Of a stretch of DNA of 64,000 bases, positions 40,215 to 49,747 are shown piece after piece. The translations under genes were made by a program, and so were the position numbers. The notes under the pieces were generated by a model. That model did not search any database. It saw only the letters and a program-made list of their open reading frames with translations, and was not told where the DNA came from. The stretch lies in the NCBI GenBank assembly GCA_947643615.1, contig CANRWO010000011.1, positions 10,195-74,194 of the forward strand, given 5' to 3'. Position 1 is the first letter of the stretch. Each line of letters starts with the position of its first letter. The DNA comes from an uncultured Lachnospiraceae bacterium. Lineage in GTDB: Bacteria > Bacillota > Clostridia > Lachnospirales > Lachnospiraceae.

Positions 40215-42275
40215 CTACAGCCAGAAAGCAATCAGGTACATTGCTTTGGAATACAGATCCGGCCGGGTATTCCTCAAAGAGCTTCCGGTATCTACGAAAA
40301 AGAACATGCCCTGGAACATAACTTCTGTGACCAGGCAGACTAATAATAAGGTGGTGAGCCATTTCCTTGCGGAAGGGTCCATCATTTTTTTTGTGTTCGA
40401 GATCATCCAAACGGAAAGCAGTGCAGCCAGCATGATAAACAGCGAAAAGTCGTTGAAATACCGCCACAGGAGGCCGGACATTTCTGTGTCGGCAATAAGG
40501 ATTACAAGGGCGGAAAGCAGGCTGCATATGGACATGAGGCAGGGCAGTTTCTGGGCGCCGGAAAACTTCTTCCGCAAAAACAGCGCCGGAAGCGCCAACC
40601 ATGCGAAAAGATGGGTGGCAAATATGCCTCCCGGGGTGTACTCCTGGATGGTCACACCCATGTACTGCGTGGTGGTATACAACGCTTCCGTAAAAGGGAA
40701 ACGTGAGACCAGCCTCATGAACTGGAACAAATAGATAAATATCCCCAGGGGGATCCTTCCCCATACCCAGCCGCGGTATCTCATATCGTTGGCTGTCAAA
40801 TTGTAATTTGCGCCAAAATCAAAGACAGATCCAAACCGGATATAATTGTAATACATCAAAAGGGCAGCCACTGTAATCACAGGCGCCGCGGCAGTAAAAA
40901 TGGCCTGCCAACCTTCCTTTTTCCTGTAGAAGTCCCTGGAAAACAAATACTTACCGAAGAGGGCAACAGGAAACACGGCGAACAGCAGCAGCTGGGGTCG
41001 GCAACCTGCCGTCAACGCGGTAAAGAAGGAACCGGCAGCCAGATATTTTAGCGAAATACGGTCTTTTTCATCCGCCCGGAGGAAACACCAGAGTCCCAGC
41101 ATACCCATGGCAAGTCCTGTGACGATGGGCACGGTATACAGATCAGGCCGCTTTGCCATGTAAATAAGGTTACTGCCCAGGAGAAATGTCTCCCCTGCCA
41201 GAAACCATATGCCCACAGAAAGCTTGGGAAACCACTTTTTTACCAGCTCATGCAAAGTGCCGTATATACCCAAAAGCAATAATGCCAGCGCAAAAAATAC
41301 CGCAATATGGTTGGGCAGGCCGCCGCCCGTGAAAATATGGTAAGGGAAATAAAACAGCAATACAGGGACCACGCCAAAGTATACATAGTATTTTCCGTTA
41401 AAATATGCGGTGTCCCAGGCACATGTGGCATTGTTTCGGATCAGGATATCTTCCCGGAGATCTTGGTCATAGGGATTTACCATCAGCCGGAAGGCCTCCG
41501 CAGGTTCCTCCGGTAAAGAGACAGAACCCTCCCGGAAGGCTTCTGCAAGCTCCTGATACTGTTTATAATGCTCCGGGATATCCCATGTGCAGCTCGGATC
41601 TAACCCTGTCAGTTTCCAAAAAAGCGCCACATGGGCCAGGAACAGAAAAGCAAGCATTGCCGTCCGCAGGGAAGTAGGAATCTGAAGGTAGGAAATGCGG
41701 TATAGCTGTGAGGAAGGCCGGAAAAGGTACAAAAAGCACAGCGCGAAAAATAACCCTGCCATCCGCAGAACGGAGAAGTACAAGGGAATGACCGGGTTCA
41801 GGCTTATGTCTACGGATACGGAAGGGCAGGGGGGAAGGTTTGGGAGAAATCGCAACCCCTTACAGTTTCCATATAAATGGTAAATATAATAACGGCTCCT
41901 GGGTTGGTTTGACCAAAGCTCATTAATAGGCAGGGCATATTCAAAACTGTGGCCCTCGTCCGTAGCATACTGGTAAATAGAGGTGGCAACGGGCATAACG
42001 GAATCCGCGTCGTTTATTGTAACGTTGAAACGGGCAGACTTCAGGTTCAGGTCAAGATCCGGTATCCTTATGGAATAATCCCCGTCACCCAGGGAATAGG
42101 TTCCGTCCCCATTGGGAGTATAGGCGTCCCCCAGAATAATCTCCCCGGGGATAACCTCATGGTTGCCAAGAGTCTGCCAATGCTTGTAATTAAAAAGGAA
42201 AAGCTCTGCCAGGAAGCTGACTGAAAACAGCAAAATATAGGGAATTATAAATTTCTTGTCTAATTTTCTGCCCAT
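40215..42275 (-). CDS. Large polytopic membrane protein (GT-C glycosyltransferase-like)
   Basis: About 13 TMs with extracellular loops; YYVYFGVVP, DFG.NY, RY..D motifs. Confidence 0.7.
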   Translation of the reverse strand: MGRKLDKKFIIPYILLFSVSFLAELFLFNYKHWQTLGNHEVIPGEIILGDAYTPNGDGTYSLGDGDYSIRIPDLDLNLKSARFNVTINDADSVMPVATSIYQYATDEGHSFEYALPINELWSNQPRSRYYIYHLYGNCKGLRFLPNLPPCPSVSVDISLNPVIPLYFSVLRMAGLFFALCFLYLFRPSSQLYRISYLQIPTSLRTAMLAFLFLAHVALFWKLTGLDPSCTWDIPEHYKQYQELAEAFREGSVSLPEEPAEAFRLMVNPYDQDLREDILIRNNATCAWDTAYFNGKYYVYFGVVPVLLFYFPYHIFTGGGLPNHIAVFFALALLLLGIYGTLHELVKKWFPKLSVGIWFLAGETFLLGSNLIYMAKRPDLYTVPIVTGLAMGMLGLWCFLRADEKDRISLKYLAAGSFFTALTAGCRPQLLLFAVFPVALFGKYLFSRDFYRKKEGWQAIFTAAAPVITVAALLMYYNYIRFGSVFDFGANYNLTANDMRYRGWVWGRIPLGIFIYLFQFMRLVSRFPFTEALYTTTQYMGVTIQEYTPGGIFATHLFAWLALPALFLRKKFSGAQKLPCLMSICSLLSALVILIADTEMSGLLWRYFNDFSLFIMLAALLSVWMISNTKKMMDPSARKWLTTLLLVCLVTEVMFQGMFFFVDTGSSLRNTRPDLYSKAMYLIAFWL

Positions 42276-42404
42276 ATGGTAAAAATCCCTTTCGTTCTTT
42301 TAGAATTGCAACGTCCAGTTTATCATATTTTGTCGAAAAATAAAAGTTTCACCTGATATTTCTGTGTTTTTCGGTTATCTATGAAGATAATTTATTGCTT
42401 TATA

Positions 42405-42432
42405 TTGACATTATAAATTTATAAGGTATAAT
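42405..42432 (+). promoter_or_regulatory. Consensus sigma-A promoter with a perfect palindrome in the spacer
   Basis: TTGACA (42405) - N16 - TATAAT (42427); the spacer contains TTATAAATTTATAA (42411-42424). Confidence 0.7.
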
Positions 42433-42535
42433 TAAAAATATAATATAGTATTACAGAGAAGGGGTGATTCCGTTGGAGGATGCGATAAAAGTTGTGACAT
42501 AATTGACTTTTAAGGGTATAAAGGAGGAAAGCTAT

Positions 42536-43369
42536 ATGAATAAAAAGATTATTTCTGTTTTTCTGGTTTGCGGAATGTTAATTTTACACAGTTTTTCAGT
42601 CCTTGCAGCAACTCCAACGACAGATTTTTCCGGTCATATGGAAGATATCATAATCCAACAGGCGCTTGCATTGGATCAGTCCTCAAATATCGAAGGAAAA
42701 GATTTTACTGCAGTAGTGTTAAGCCAAGGTGATTTGAGCATTGGTCCGCTCTCCGGTGATGCGGTTGTCACAGAACAGGCTATCCAGGCGGTAAGCATCG
42801 AAGGAGACTTAATAGAAGTAACCACTATTTTCCCGTATAAGATTACGTCTGATGGGGAACTGGTGAACAGCTTTGAATATACACCCACGCAGATTACAAG
42901 AGATAGCACGGATCCGACGACATTTGTTGATATTACCGTTACAATTGTCACATATTATGGTCAATATTTCAATTTAGATATTGCCACCTCTTTTTACAGG
43001 CATGGTGGAATAGAAGCCTATTGGAATTCGAGTAATTCTACAGCCGGGGTTTCAAACCTGTGTGTAGCATATGAGTCAGCAGGGCATATGTACCAGTATC
43101 CAGAATGCACTACAGCATCCTATAAAACTATATCATCTTTCTTAATCCAAAGAGACTATTTTATCAGTAGCTCTATTGACCAGAACAATCCTGTCAAAGG
43201 TCAGTCCTATTTCGATGGGGATCATACCATGTCCCGAAGTACTGTACTGGATTGTGCAAATGCACTTGAGCATGGGGGAATGGTTTCTGTTACATTGACC
43301 TATTCAGTGAACGGGAAGAGCTATGTTCATGACAGAACTTATAACGTATATGGAGGAGTGAGTTCGTGA
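42536..43369 (+). CDS. Secreted beta-rich protein of unknown function
   Basis: GGAGG RBS; signal peptide MNKKIISVFLVCGMLILHSFSVLA; more AT-rich than flanking housekeeping genes; GTGA overlap with the next gene. Confidence 0.8.
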   Translation: MNKKIISVFLVCGMLILHSFSVLAATPTTDFSGHMEDIIIQQALALDQSSNIEGKDFTAVVLSQGDLSIGPLSGDAVVTEQAIQAVSIEGDLIEVTTIFPYKITSDGELVNSFEYTPTQITRDSTDPTTFVDITVTIVTYYGQYFNLDIATSFYRHGGIEAYWNSSNSTAGVSNLCVAYESAGHMYQYPECTTASYKTISSFLIQRDYFISSSIDQNNPVKGQSYFDGDHTMSRSTVLDCANALEHGGMVSVTLTYSVNGKSYVHDRTYNVYGGVSS

Positions 43370-44031
43370 TAACTATGCATAGCAATTATGTGTTAAAAAG
43401 GTGGTTTATAGTGTTACTTGCAACTCTCTTCTTGTGCTCCTGCGGTGAAAGTACAACTGGATCTGAGGAAACCTCAAATCTCTTTGAGTATGCGTTGGAA
43501 ATAGAGGACGGGGTATTCTCCCCCAATCAGGCGGACTTTTTCATGAGCGTGGAGGAGGTACTCCAGTCGGCAGGGTTAGAGGAATATACTGTTATTGAAA
43601 AGGACGGTGGAGATCTGATCAGGACAAGTGTGAATATCAACGGGTTTCCTAATGAAATTACGATAGATTATGTTATAAGTGAAGATGTTAATAATCGGAT
43701 TACCGGAATACAGTATTGGACCCTGGTGGATGAAGCAGACGCGGGTGGCGTATACAATTTATTATACGAACAGGCAGTTTCCACTATGCCCGAAGCCTCC
43801 GGCAATACCATAGAGGGAATAAAGGATGGGATAGGCGCTTCATGGGAAGATAAAGAACAAAATTATGTACGTCTTATTATTTTAAATGAAAAGAATTCTC
43901 ATCCCGGGACAGATTCAGAAATAATTATATTGCAAATTGTGGCAACAAGAAATTCTTCTTTTGTGCCGGAAGACTTGAAGAGTCTCTATGAAAATTCCAT
44001 GTTGGAGAGATCAAATCAGGAAAGGCAGTGA
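43366..44031 (+). CDS. Lipoprotein, tandem paralog 1
   Basis: Lipobox FLCSC; shares identical blocks with 44086..44745. True start may be ATG 43375. Confidence 0.85.
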   Translation: MITMHSNYVLKRWFIVLLATLFLCSCGESTTGSEETSNLFEYALEIEDGVFSPNQADFFMSVEEVLQSAGLEEYTVIEKDGGDLIRTSVNINGFPNEITIDYVISEDVNNRITGIQYWTLVDEADAGGVYNLLYEQAVSTMPEASGNTIEGIKDGIGASWEDKEQNYVRLIILNEKNSHPGTDSEIIILQIVATRNSSFVPEDLKSLYENSMLERSNQERQ

Positions 44032-44748
44032 TACACGGGAAATGGTTCTCAGAAGATGTGAGGCGAAACCGGAGGAGCATGATATATGGATAAAAATAGT
44101 GTGTTAAAAAGTCTTTTGATAGCGTTGCTTGCAGTTGTCTTCTTATGCTCCTGTGGTGAAAGTACAACTGGATCTGAGGAAACCTCAAATCTCTTTGAGT
44201 ATGCGTTGGAAATAGAGGACGGGGTATTCTCCCCCAATCAGGCGGACTTTTTCATGAGCGTGGAGGAGGTACTCCAGTCGGCAGGGTTAGAGGAATATAC
44301 TGTTATTGAAAAGGACGGTGGAAAAAGAATCAGGACAAGTGTGAACATTGACGGGTTTCCGGCTCCTTTTGTATTAGATTATGTCTTCAGTGATGCCATC
44401 GGTACGCGGCTTACAGGAGTACAATATCATCTGAGCATAGTCAATAAAGAGGATGCGGATAGTGTATACAGTCTATTATACGAACAGGCAGTTTCTACTA
44501 TGCCTGAAGCCTCCGGCAATACCATAGAGGGGATAAGTGAGGGGATAGATGTGGCATGGGAAGACAAAGAGCAGAATAATGTCTGGCTTTGGTTTTTTAA
44601 TAAGGAAAATGACCACCCAGAAACAGTAGCAGAAACAATTATATTGCAAATTGTGGCAACAAGAAATTCTTCTTTTGTGCCGGAAGACTTGAAGAGTCTC
44701 TATGAAAATTCCATGTTGGAGAGATCAAATCAGGAAAGGCAGTGATAC
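43444..44748 (+). repeat. Two pairs of perfect direct repeats within the lipoprotein pair
   Basis: 168 bp: 43444-43611 = 44155-44322. 112 bp: 43923-44034 = 44637-44748. Confidence 0.9.
44086..44745 (+). CDS. Lipoprotein, tandem paralog 2
   Basis: GGAGG RBS; lipobox FLCSC; shares identical blocks with paralog 1. Confidence 0.85.
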   Translation: MDKNSVLKSLLIALLAVVFLCSCGESTTGSEETSNLFEYALEIEDGVFSPNQADFFMSVEEVLQSAGLEEYTVIEKDGGKRIRTSVNIDGFPAPFVLDYVFSDAIGTRLTGVQYHLSIVNKEDADSVYSLLYEQAVSTMPEASGNTIEGISEGIDVAWEDKEQNNVWLWFFNKENDHPETVAETIILQIVATRNSSFVPEDLKSLYENSMLERSNQERQ

Positions 44749-44806
44749 CCGTGCAGGCGTCTATTGTCTGCGGAAAAATGCGGGATTAAAAAATTAAAAG
44801 TTTGAA

Positions 44807-44836
44807 TTGACTTTTCCGGTGGAATTATGTTATATT
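44807..44836 (+). promoter_or_regulatory. Putative sigma-A promoter of the polyamine leader/operon
   Basis: TTGACT (44807) - N18 - TATATT (44831) with TG at the extended -10; predicted start near 44843. Confidence 0.65.
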
Positions 44837-44842
44837 GTGGGC

Positions 44843-45027
44843 GTATGGAGAACAGATCATTTAGAGTCTTCCATGCAAATATTTTGGCAACTGTGTTGCC
44901 TTATTGATTGAGTTAGAAGCTCAAATTTTATAAGTTGGTTACTATAAACCGGTGCAGATGCACACCTAACTTGTGAAACGGTCAATAAGAGTAGTAAAAG
45001 TAAAATATTTGCTATATAGACTCTAAA
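44843..45027 (+). ncRNA. Candidate structured RNA of about 185 nt (leader module or 6S-like RNA)
   Basis: Nested stems 44860-69/45018-27 (10 bp), 44875-85/45002-12 (11 bp), 44901-08/44981-88, 44926-38/44966-78 (13 bp, 3 G-U), plus side hairpins. Confidence 0.55.
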
Positions 45028-45108
45028 AACCACATATCTGTTTGTTCCGTATTTGTTTTGCCATCCCCTGAACCTGCGGCTGGTAAAACGGAATAACACA
45101 GAATATAC

Positions 45109-45147
45109 AAGGCAAGTGACGGTATGCGTCCCTTGCCTTTTTGTATT
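45109..45147 (+). terminator. Intrinsic terminator upstream of speD
   Basis: AAGGCAAG-T-GACG-GTATG-CGTC-C-CTTGCCTT followed by TTTGTATT. Confidence 0.75.
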
Positions 45148-45270
45148 CCTGAAAAACCTGCTGCATAGTTATTGGCTAATCAGGCATTTCACGAACCTGA
45201 TATGAGTGGCCGCTTCAGCGGACAAATGGGAGTTATCAAGATACTTTCGGAAATAGAAACGAGGATAACC

Positions 45271-46029
45271 ATGAGTGAAAAGATTTCCCTGTACGGATTT
45301 AATAACCTGACCAAATCCCTGAGTTTTAACATATATGACGTGTGTTATGCAAAGTCCCAGCGGGAGCAAAAGGACTATATTGCCTATATTGACAGACAGT
45401 ATAATTCCGAACGTTTGGTTAAGCTTTTGACCAATGTGACGGATATGATCGGAGCCCATGTGTTGAATATATCCAGCCAGGACTATGAACCCCAGGGCAG
45501 TTCCGTGACGATTTTGATTGGGGAAAAGAGTAAGATACCTGCCGGGGATACTACCGTGGCACATCTGGACAAGAGCCATATTACGGTGCACACTTACCCG
45601 GAGTACCACCCCGAGACGTGCCTGGCCACCTTCCGGGTAGATATTGATGTGGCTACCTGTGGGGAGATCACACCGCTTTCCACCCTGGACTACCTTATTG
45701 GGTCTTTCGATTCGGATATCATTACCATGGATTACCGGGTGAGGGGTTTTACCAGGGATCTGGGCGGGCATAAATTGTTCATGGACCACAGAATCACATC
45801 CATTCAGGACTATATTGCGGGAGAGACATTGCAGAAATACGACGCAGTGGACATTAATGTTTATGACGCAAACATTTTTCATACAAAAATGCTGATCAAA
45901 GATATTGATTTGCAGAATTATCTTTTTAATAGTGACGTCTATGAGCTGCCGCCGAAGACCAGGCTGGAAATTATAGACAATCTGCGGAGAGAGATGATTG
46001 AAATATTCAGCGGGAGAAATGTATATTAG
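45271..46029 (+). CDS. speD: S-adenosylmethionine decarboxylase proenzyme
   Basis: [33 protein letters not shown] self-cleavage motif, DV.TCG.I.PL. Confidence 0.95.
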   Translation: MSEKISLYGFNNLTKSLSFNIYDVCYAKSQREQKDYIAYIDRQYNSERLVKLLTNVTDMIGAHVLNISSQDYEPQGSSVTILIGEKSKIPAGDTTVAHLDKSHITVHTYPEYHPETCLATFRVDIDVATCGEITPLSTLDYLIGSFDSDIITMDYRVRGFTRDLGGHKLFMDHRITSIQDYIAGETLQKYDAVDINVYDANIFHTKMLIKDIDLQNYLFNSDVYELPPKTRLEIIDNLRREMIEIFSGRNVY

Positions 46030-46061
46030 AATTATCCGGATAAGATAAGGAAGACAGAGGC

Positions 46062-47522
46062 ATGGGGCGTTTTAATCAGGCAAGGGCGCCTATTTATGAG
46101 GCGTTGGAGGAATTCAGGAAAAACAGGGTGGTGCCCTTTGACGTACCGGGGCATAAGAGAGGCAGGGGCAACCCGGAGCTGGTAGGGCTTTTGGGGCAGC
46201 AGTGTGTGGGGATTGACGTCAATTCCATGAAACCCCTGGACAACCTCTGCCACCCCGTGTCCGTGATCCGGGAGGCGGAGGAGATGGCGGCGGAGGCGTT
46301 CGGCGCGGCGTACGTTTTCCTCATGGTGGGAGGGACTACTTCCTCGGTACAGAGCATGGTGCTCAGCGCCTGCAAACGGGGGGACAAGATCATTCTCCCC
46401 AGAAATGTCCACAGGAGCGTTATCAATGCCCTGGTACTGAACGGCGCAATTCCCATATATGTAAATCCGGACACAGATAACAGACTGGGGATCGCCCTGG
46501 GCATGAAGGTTTCCCAGGTGGAAAAGACCATCCGGGAGAACCCCGACGCGGTGGCAGTGTTGGTGAATAATCCGACTTATTACGGGATATGCTCCGACTT
46601 GCGGAGCATTGTGAAACTGGCCCACTCCCATGGAATGAAGGTTTTGGTGGACGAGGCTCACGGAACGCATTTTTATTTTGGGGAGAATATGCCTGTGTCA
46701 GCCATGGAGGCGGGGGCGGATCTGGCGGCGGTTAGTATGCATAAGTCCGGCGGAAGCCTGACCCAAAGTTCCTTTCTGCTGGTGGGAGCCAATATGCATC
46801 CCGGCTATGTGCGGCAGATCATTAATCTGACTCAGACTACCAGTGCGTCCTATCTGCTTTTGGCCAGCCTGGATATTTCCCGAAGGAATTTGGCGCTGCG
46901 GGGAAAAGAGGAATTTCGCAAGGTAACGGCGCTTGCGGAATACGCAAGGGAGGAAATCAACAGGATCGGCGGGTATTATGCCTATACTGCGGAGTTGGTT
47001 AACGGTGACAGCATATATGATTTTGACCGGACCAAGCTCACTGTCAATACGTTGGGGATTGGCCTTGCGGGGATTGAGGTTTATGATGTCCTGCGGGATG
47101 AATATGACATTCAGATGGAGTTGGGGGATATTGCAAATGTCCTTGCTTATATCTCCATCGGAGACAGGGAGCGGGATATGGAGCGCCTGATCAGCGCGCT
47201 TGTGGAGATTAAGCGACAATACCGAAGGGACAATGCAGGAATGTACACTCAGGAATATATAGAGCCTAAGGTTGCGGTTTCCCCACAGAATGCATTTTAC
47301 GCGGAAAAGGAATCTCTTCCGCTTATGGAGACGGAGGGACGTATTTGCAGTGAGTTTGTTATGTGCTATCCTCCCGGGATCCCGATCCTGGCACCGGGCG
47401 AGGAAATCACGGCGGATATCCTGGAGTACATTTCTTATGCCAAGGAGAAAGGCTGCTCCATGACGGGGCCGGAGGATGCGGATATAGAAAGGTTGAACGT
47501 TTTAAAAGAGATTTGGGCATAG
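46062..47522 (+). CDS. Arginine/lysine/ornithine decarboxylase (fold-type I PLP)
   Basis: FDVPGHK, VGGTT, PRNVH, DEAHG, SMHKSGG, TTS.SY, YPPGIP. Confidence 0.92.
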   Translation: MGRFNQARAPIYEALEEFRKNRVVPFDVPGHKRGRGNPELVGLLGQQCVGIDVNSMKPLDNLCHPVSVIREAEEMAAEAFGAAYVFLMVGGTTSSVQSMVLSACKRGDKIILPRNVHRSVINALVLNGAIPIYVNPDTDNRLGIALGMKVSQVEKTIRENPDAVAVLVNNPTYYGICSDLRSIVKLAHSHGMKVLVDEAHGTHFYFGENMPVSAMEAGADLAAVSMHKSGGSLTQSSFLLVGANMHPGYVRQIINLTQTTSASYLLLASLDISRRNLALRGKEEFRKVTALAEYAREEINRIGGYYAYTAELVNGDSIYDFDRTKLTVNTLGIGLAGIEVYDVLRDEYDIQMELGDIANVLAYISIGDRERDMERLISALVEIKRQYRRDNAGMYTQEYIEPKVAVSPQNAFYAEKESLPLMETEGRICSEFVMCYPPGIPILAPGEEITADILEYISYAKEKGCSMTGPEDADIERLNVLKEIWA

Positions 47523-47539
47523 AAAAGGAGGGTTTGTGT

Positions 47540-48400
47540 ATGGAACTTTGGTTTTCGGAGCCACATACGCCGAATGTAAAATTATCCATCCGGGTAGACA
47601 GGCAGCTATACAGCGGCCAGAGCGAGCTTCAGCAGATCGAGGTGTTTGAATCGCCGGAGTTTGGAAGGTTTCTGGTGCTGGATGGCTATATTATGCTGAC
47701 AGAGAAGGATGAATTTATTTATCATGAGATGATTGTGCATGTCCCTATGGCGGTACACCCCCATGTGAAAAAAGTGCTGCTTATCGGCGCCGGGGACGGC
47801 GGCGCGGTGCGGGAGCTTGTCCGTTATCCGGAGATTGAACGGATTGACTTGGTGGAGATCGACGAGGAAGTGATCAAGGTATGTATGGACTATCTTCCTA
47901 AAGTATCCTGTGAGCTTCGCAATGAAAAGGTCAAGATCCATCTGGAGGACGGCTTAAAATATGTGCGGTCCAAAGAAGACGAATACGATCTCATCATTGT
48001 GGATTCCACAGATCCCTTTGGCCCCGGGGAGGGATTGTTTACCAAGGAGTTTTACGGAAACTGCTACAAGGCGCTGAAAGAGGACGGCATCATGGTAAAC
48101 CAGCATGAGAGTCCGTTTTACGAGACGGACGCTACAGCTTGTATGCGCGCCCATAAACGGATTGTGGAGAGCTTTCCCATCAGCCGTGTGTATCAGGCGC
48201 ACATCCCCACTTATCCGTCGGGGCATTGGCTGTTTGGCTTTGCGTCAAAGAAATATCATCCGGTCCATGATATGGACGGGGAGAGATGGCTGGAGCGGGG
48301 ATTGGAGACAAAGTATTATACGCCGAAGCTCCATGAAGGGGCGTTCTGCCTGCCTGCTTATGTAGAGAACCTGCTCAGGAAGGTGGAAGTGCACGGTTAG
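47540..48400 (+). CDS. speE: Spermidine synthase / polyamine aminopropyltransferase
   Basis: GGAGG RBS; LVLDG, YHEMIVH, LIGAGDGG, VEID, IIVDSTDP. Confidence 0.95.
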   Translation: MELWFSEPHTPNVKLSIRVDRQLYSGQSELQQIEVFESPEFGRFLVLDGYIMLTEKDEFIYHEMIVHVPMAVHPHVKKVLLIGAGDGGAVRELVRYPEIERIDLVEIDEEVIKVCMDYLPKVSCELRNEKVKIHLEDGLKYVRSKEDEYDLIIVDSTDPFGPGEGLFTKEFYGNCYKALKEDGIMVNQHESPFYETDATACMRAHKRIVESFPISRVYQAHIPTYPSGHWLFGFASKKYHPVHDMDGERWLERGLETKYYTPKLHEGAFCLPAYVENLLRKVEVHG

Positions 48401-48469
48401 GACTGCGTGTGCCACCTGCAAAGGCGACAGAATGGATGACTTATTTAAAAGGGGAGGTAAAATCAAAAG

Positions 48470-49747
48470 ATGGCTAAAATATTGATTATCGGCTGCGGAG
48501 GCGTTGCCTCCGTGGCTATTCAGAAGTGTGCGGGAAAGGCGGATGTGTTTTCCGAGATCTGCATTGCCAGCCGCACAGTAGGCAAATGTGACGCTTTGAA
48601 GGCAAAAATAGAGGAAGAATTCCAAAAAACCGGAAGGAAGCTTCCCGTTATCACCACTGCAAGGGTGGACGCTGATCATGTGGAAGAATTGGAGGCGCTG
48701 ATCAAAAAGGAACAGCCGAAGGCAGTTTTGAACCTGGCGCTGCCGTATCAGGACTTGACCATTATGGATGCCTGCCTTGCCTGTGGTGTGGATTATATTG
48801 ATACCGCAAATTATGAGGCGGAGAATACGGAGGATCCCCAGTGGAGGGAAGCTTATGAAAAGCGCTGCAGGGAGAAAGGGTTTACGGCTTACTTTGACTA
48901 TTCCTGGCAGTGGGCATATAAGGAGCGGTTTGAAAAAGCAGGGATTACGGCTCTTTTGGGAAGCGGCTTTGATCCCGGCGTCACCAGTGTGTTTTCTGCC
49001 TATGCCCTGAAGCACTATTTTGACGAGATTCATTATATTGACATCATGGACTGCAACGGCGGTGACCATGGCTATGCCTTTGCCACCAATTTTAATCCCG
49101 AAATTAATCTGCGGGAGGTTTCCGCCAACGGCTCTTACTGGGAGGACGGCCATTGGGTGGAGACAAAGCCTATGGAGATCAAGCGGGAATACGATTTTGC
49201 CCAAGTGGGAAAGAAGGATATGTACCTTCTGCACCATGAGGAAATCGAGTCCCTGGCAAAAAACATTCCCGGCATTAAGAGGATCCGCTTCTTTATGACT
49301 TTTGGGCAGAGCTACCTGACCCATATGAAATGCCTGGAAAATGTAGGCATGCTGCGCACGGATCCGGTCATGTTCGAAGGGAAGGAGATTGTGCCCATCC
49401 AGTTTTTAAAAGCGCTTCTTCCTGATCCCGCCTCCTTGGGCCCCCGGACAGTGGGTAAGACAAACATCGGCTGTATTTTTACCGGTGTGAAGGACGGCGC
49501 GGAGAGATCCATCTATATTTACAATGTCTGTGACCATCAGGAGTGTTATAGGGAACTGGGTTCACAGGCCATCTCTTACACCACCGGCGTCCCGGCTATG
49601 ATCGGCGCCATGCTGGTGATGGACGGCACTTGGAAGAGACCGGGTGTGTTCAATGTAGAAGAGTTTGACCCCGACCCTTTTATGGAGGCCCTGAACGAAT
49701 ACGGCCTGCCTTGGGTGGTGGAGGAGAACCCGGTTATGATAGATTGA
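48470..49747 (+). CDS. Carboxyspermidine dehydrogenase (saccharopine dehydrogenase family)
   Basis: IIGCGGVA, NLALPYQDL, GSGFDPG, FATNFNPEINLRE, HEEIESL, YTTGVPA; polyamine operon context. Confidence 0.92.
   Translation: MAKILIIGCGGVASVAIQKCAGKADVFSEICIASRTVGKCDALKAKIEEEFQKTGRKLPVITTARVDADHVEELEALIKKEQPKAVLNLALPYQDLTIMDACLACGVDYIDTANYEAENTEDPQWREAYEKRCREKGFTAYFDYSWQWAYKERFEKAGITALLGSGFDPGVTSVFSAYALKHYFDEIHYIDIMDCNGGDHGYAFATNFNPEINLREVSANGSYWEDGHWVETKPMEIKREYDFAQVGKKDMYLLHHEEIESLAKNIPGIKRIRFFMTFGQSYLTHMKCLENVGMLRTDPVMFEGKEIVPIQFLKALLPDPASLGPRTVGKTNIGCIFTGVKDGAERSIYIYNVCDHQECYRELGSQAISYTTGVPAMIGAMLVMDGTWKRPGVFNVEEFDPDPFMEALNEYGLPWVVEENPVMID

Noticed and set aside
44857-45099. Minus-strand 80-aa ORF with a poly-Leu stretch as a type I toxin
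   Set aside because: No RBS; the hydrophobic run is the complement of the purine-rich bubble, and G-U pairs and the promoter favour a + strand RNA.
44843-45270. SAM-I, T-box or lysine riboswitch upstream of speD
   Set aside because: Diagnostic motifs (ATC.AGAG..GAGGGA; GGTGG.ACCGCG; lysine core) were not found.
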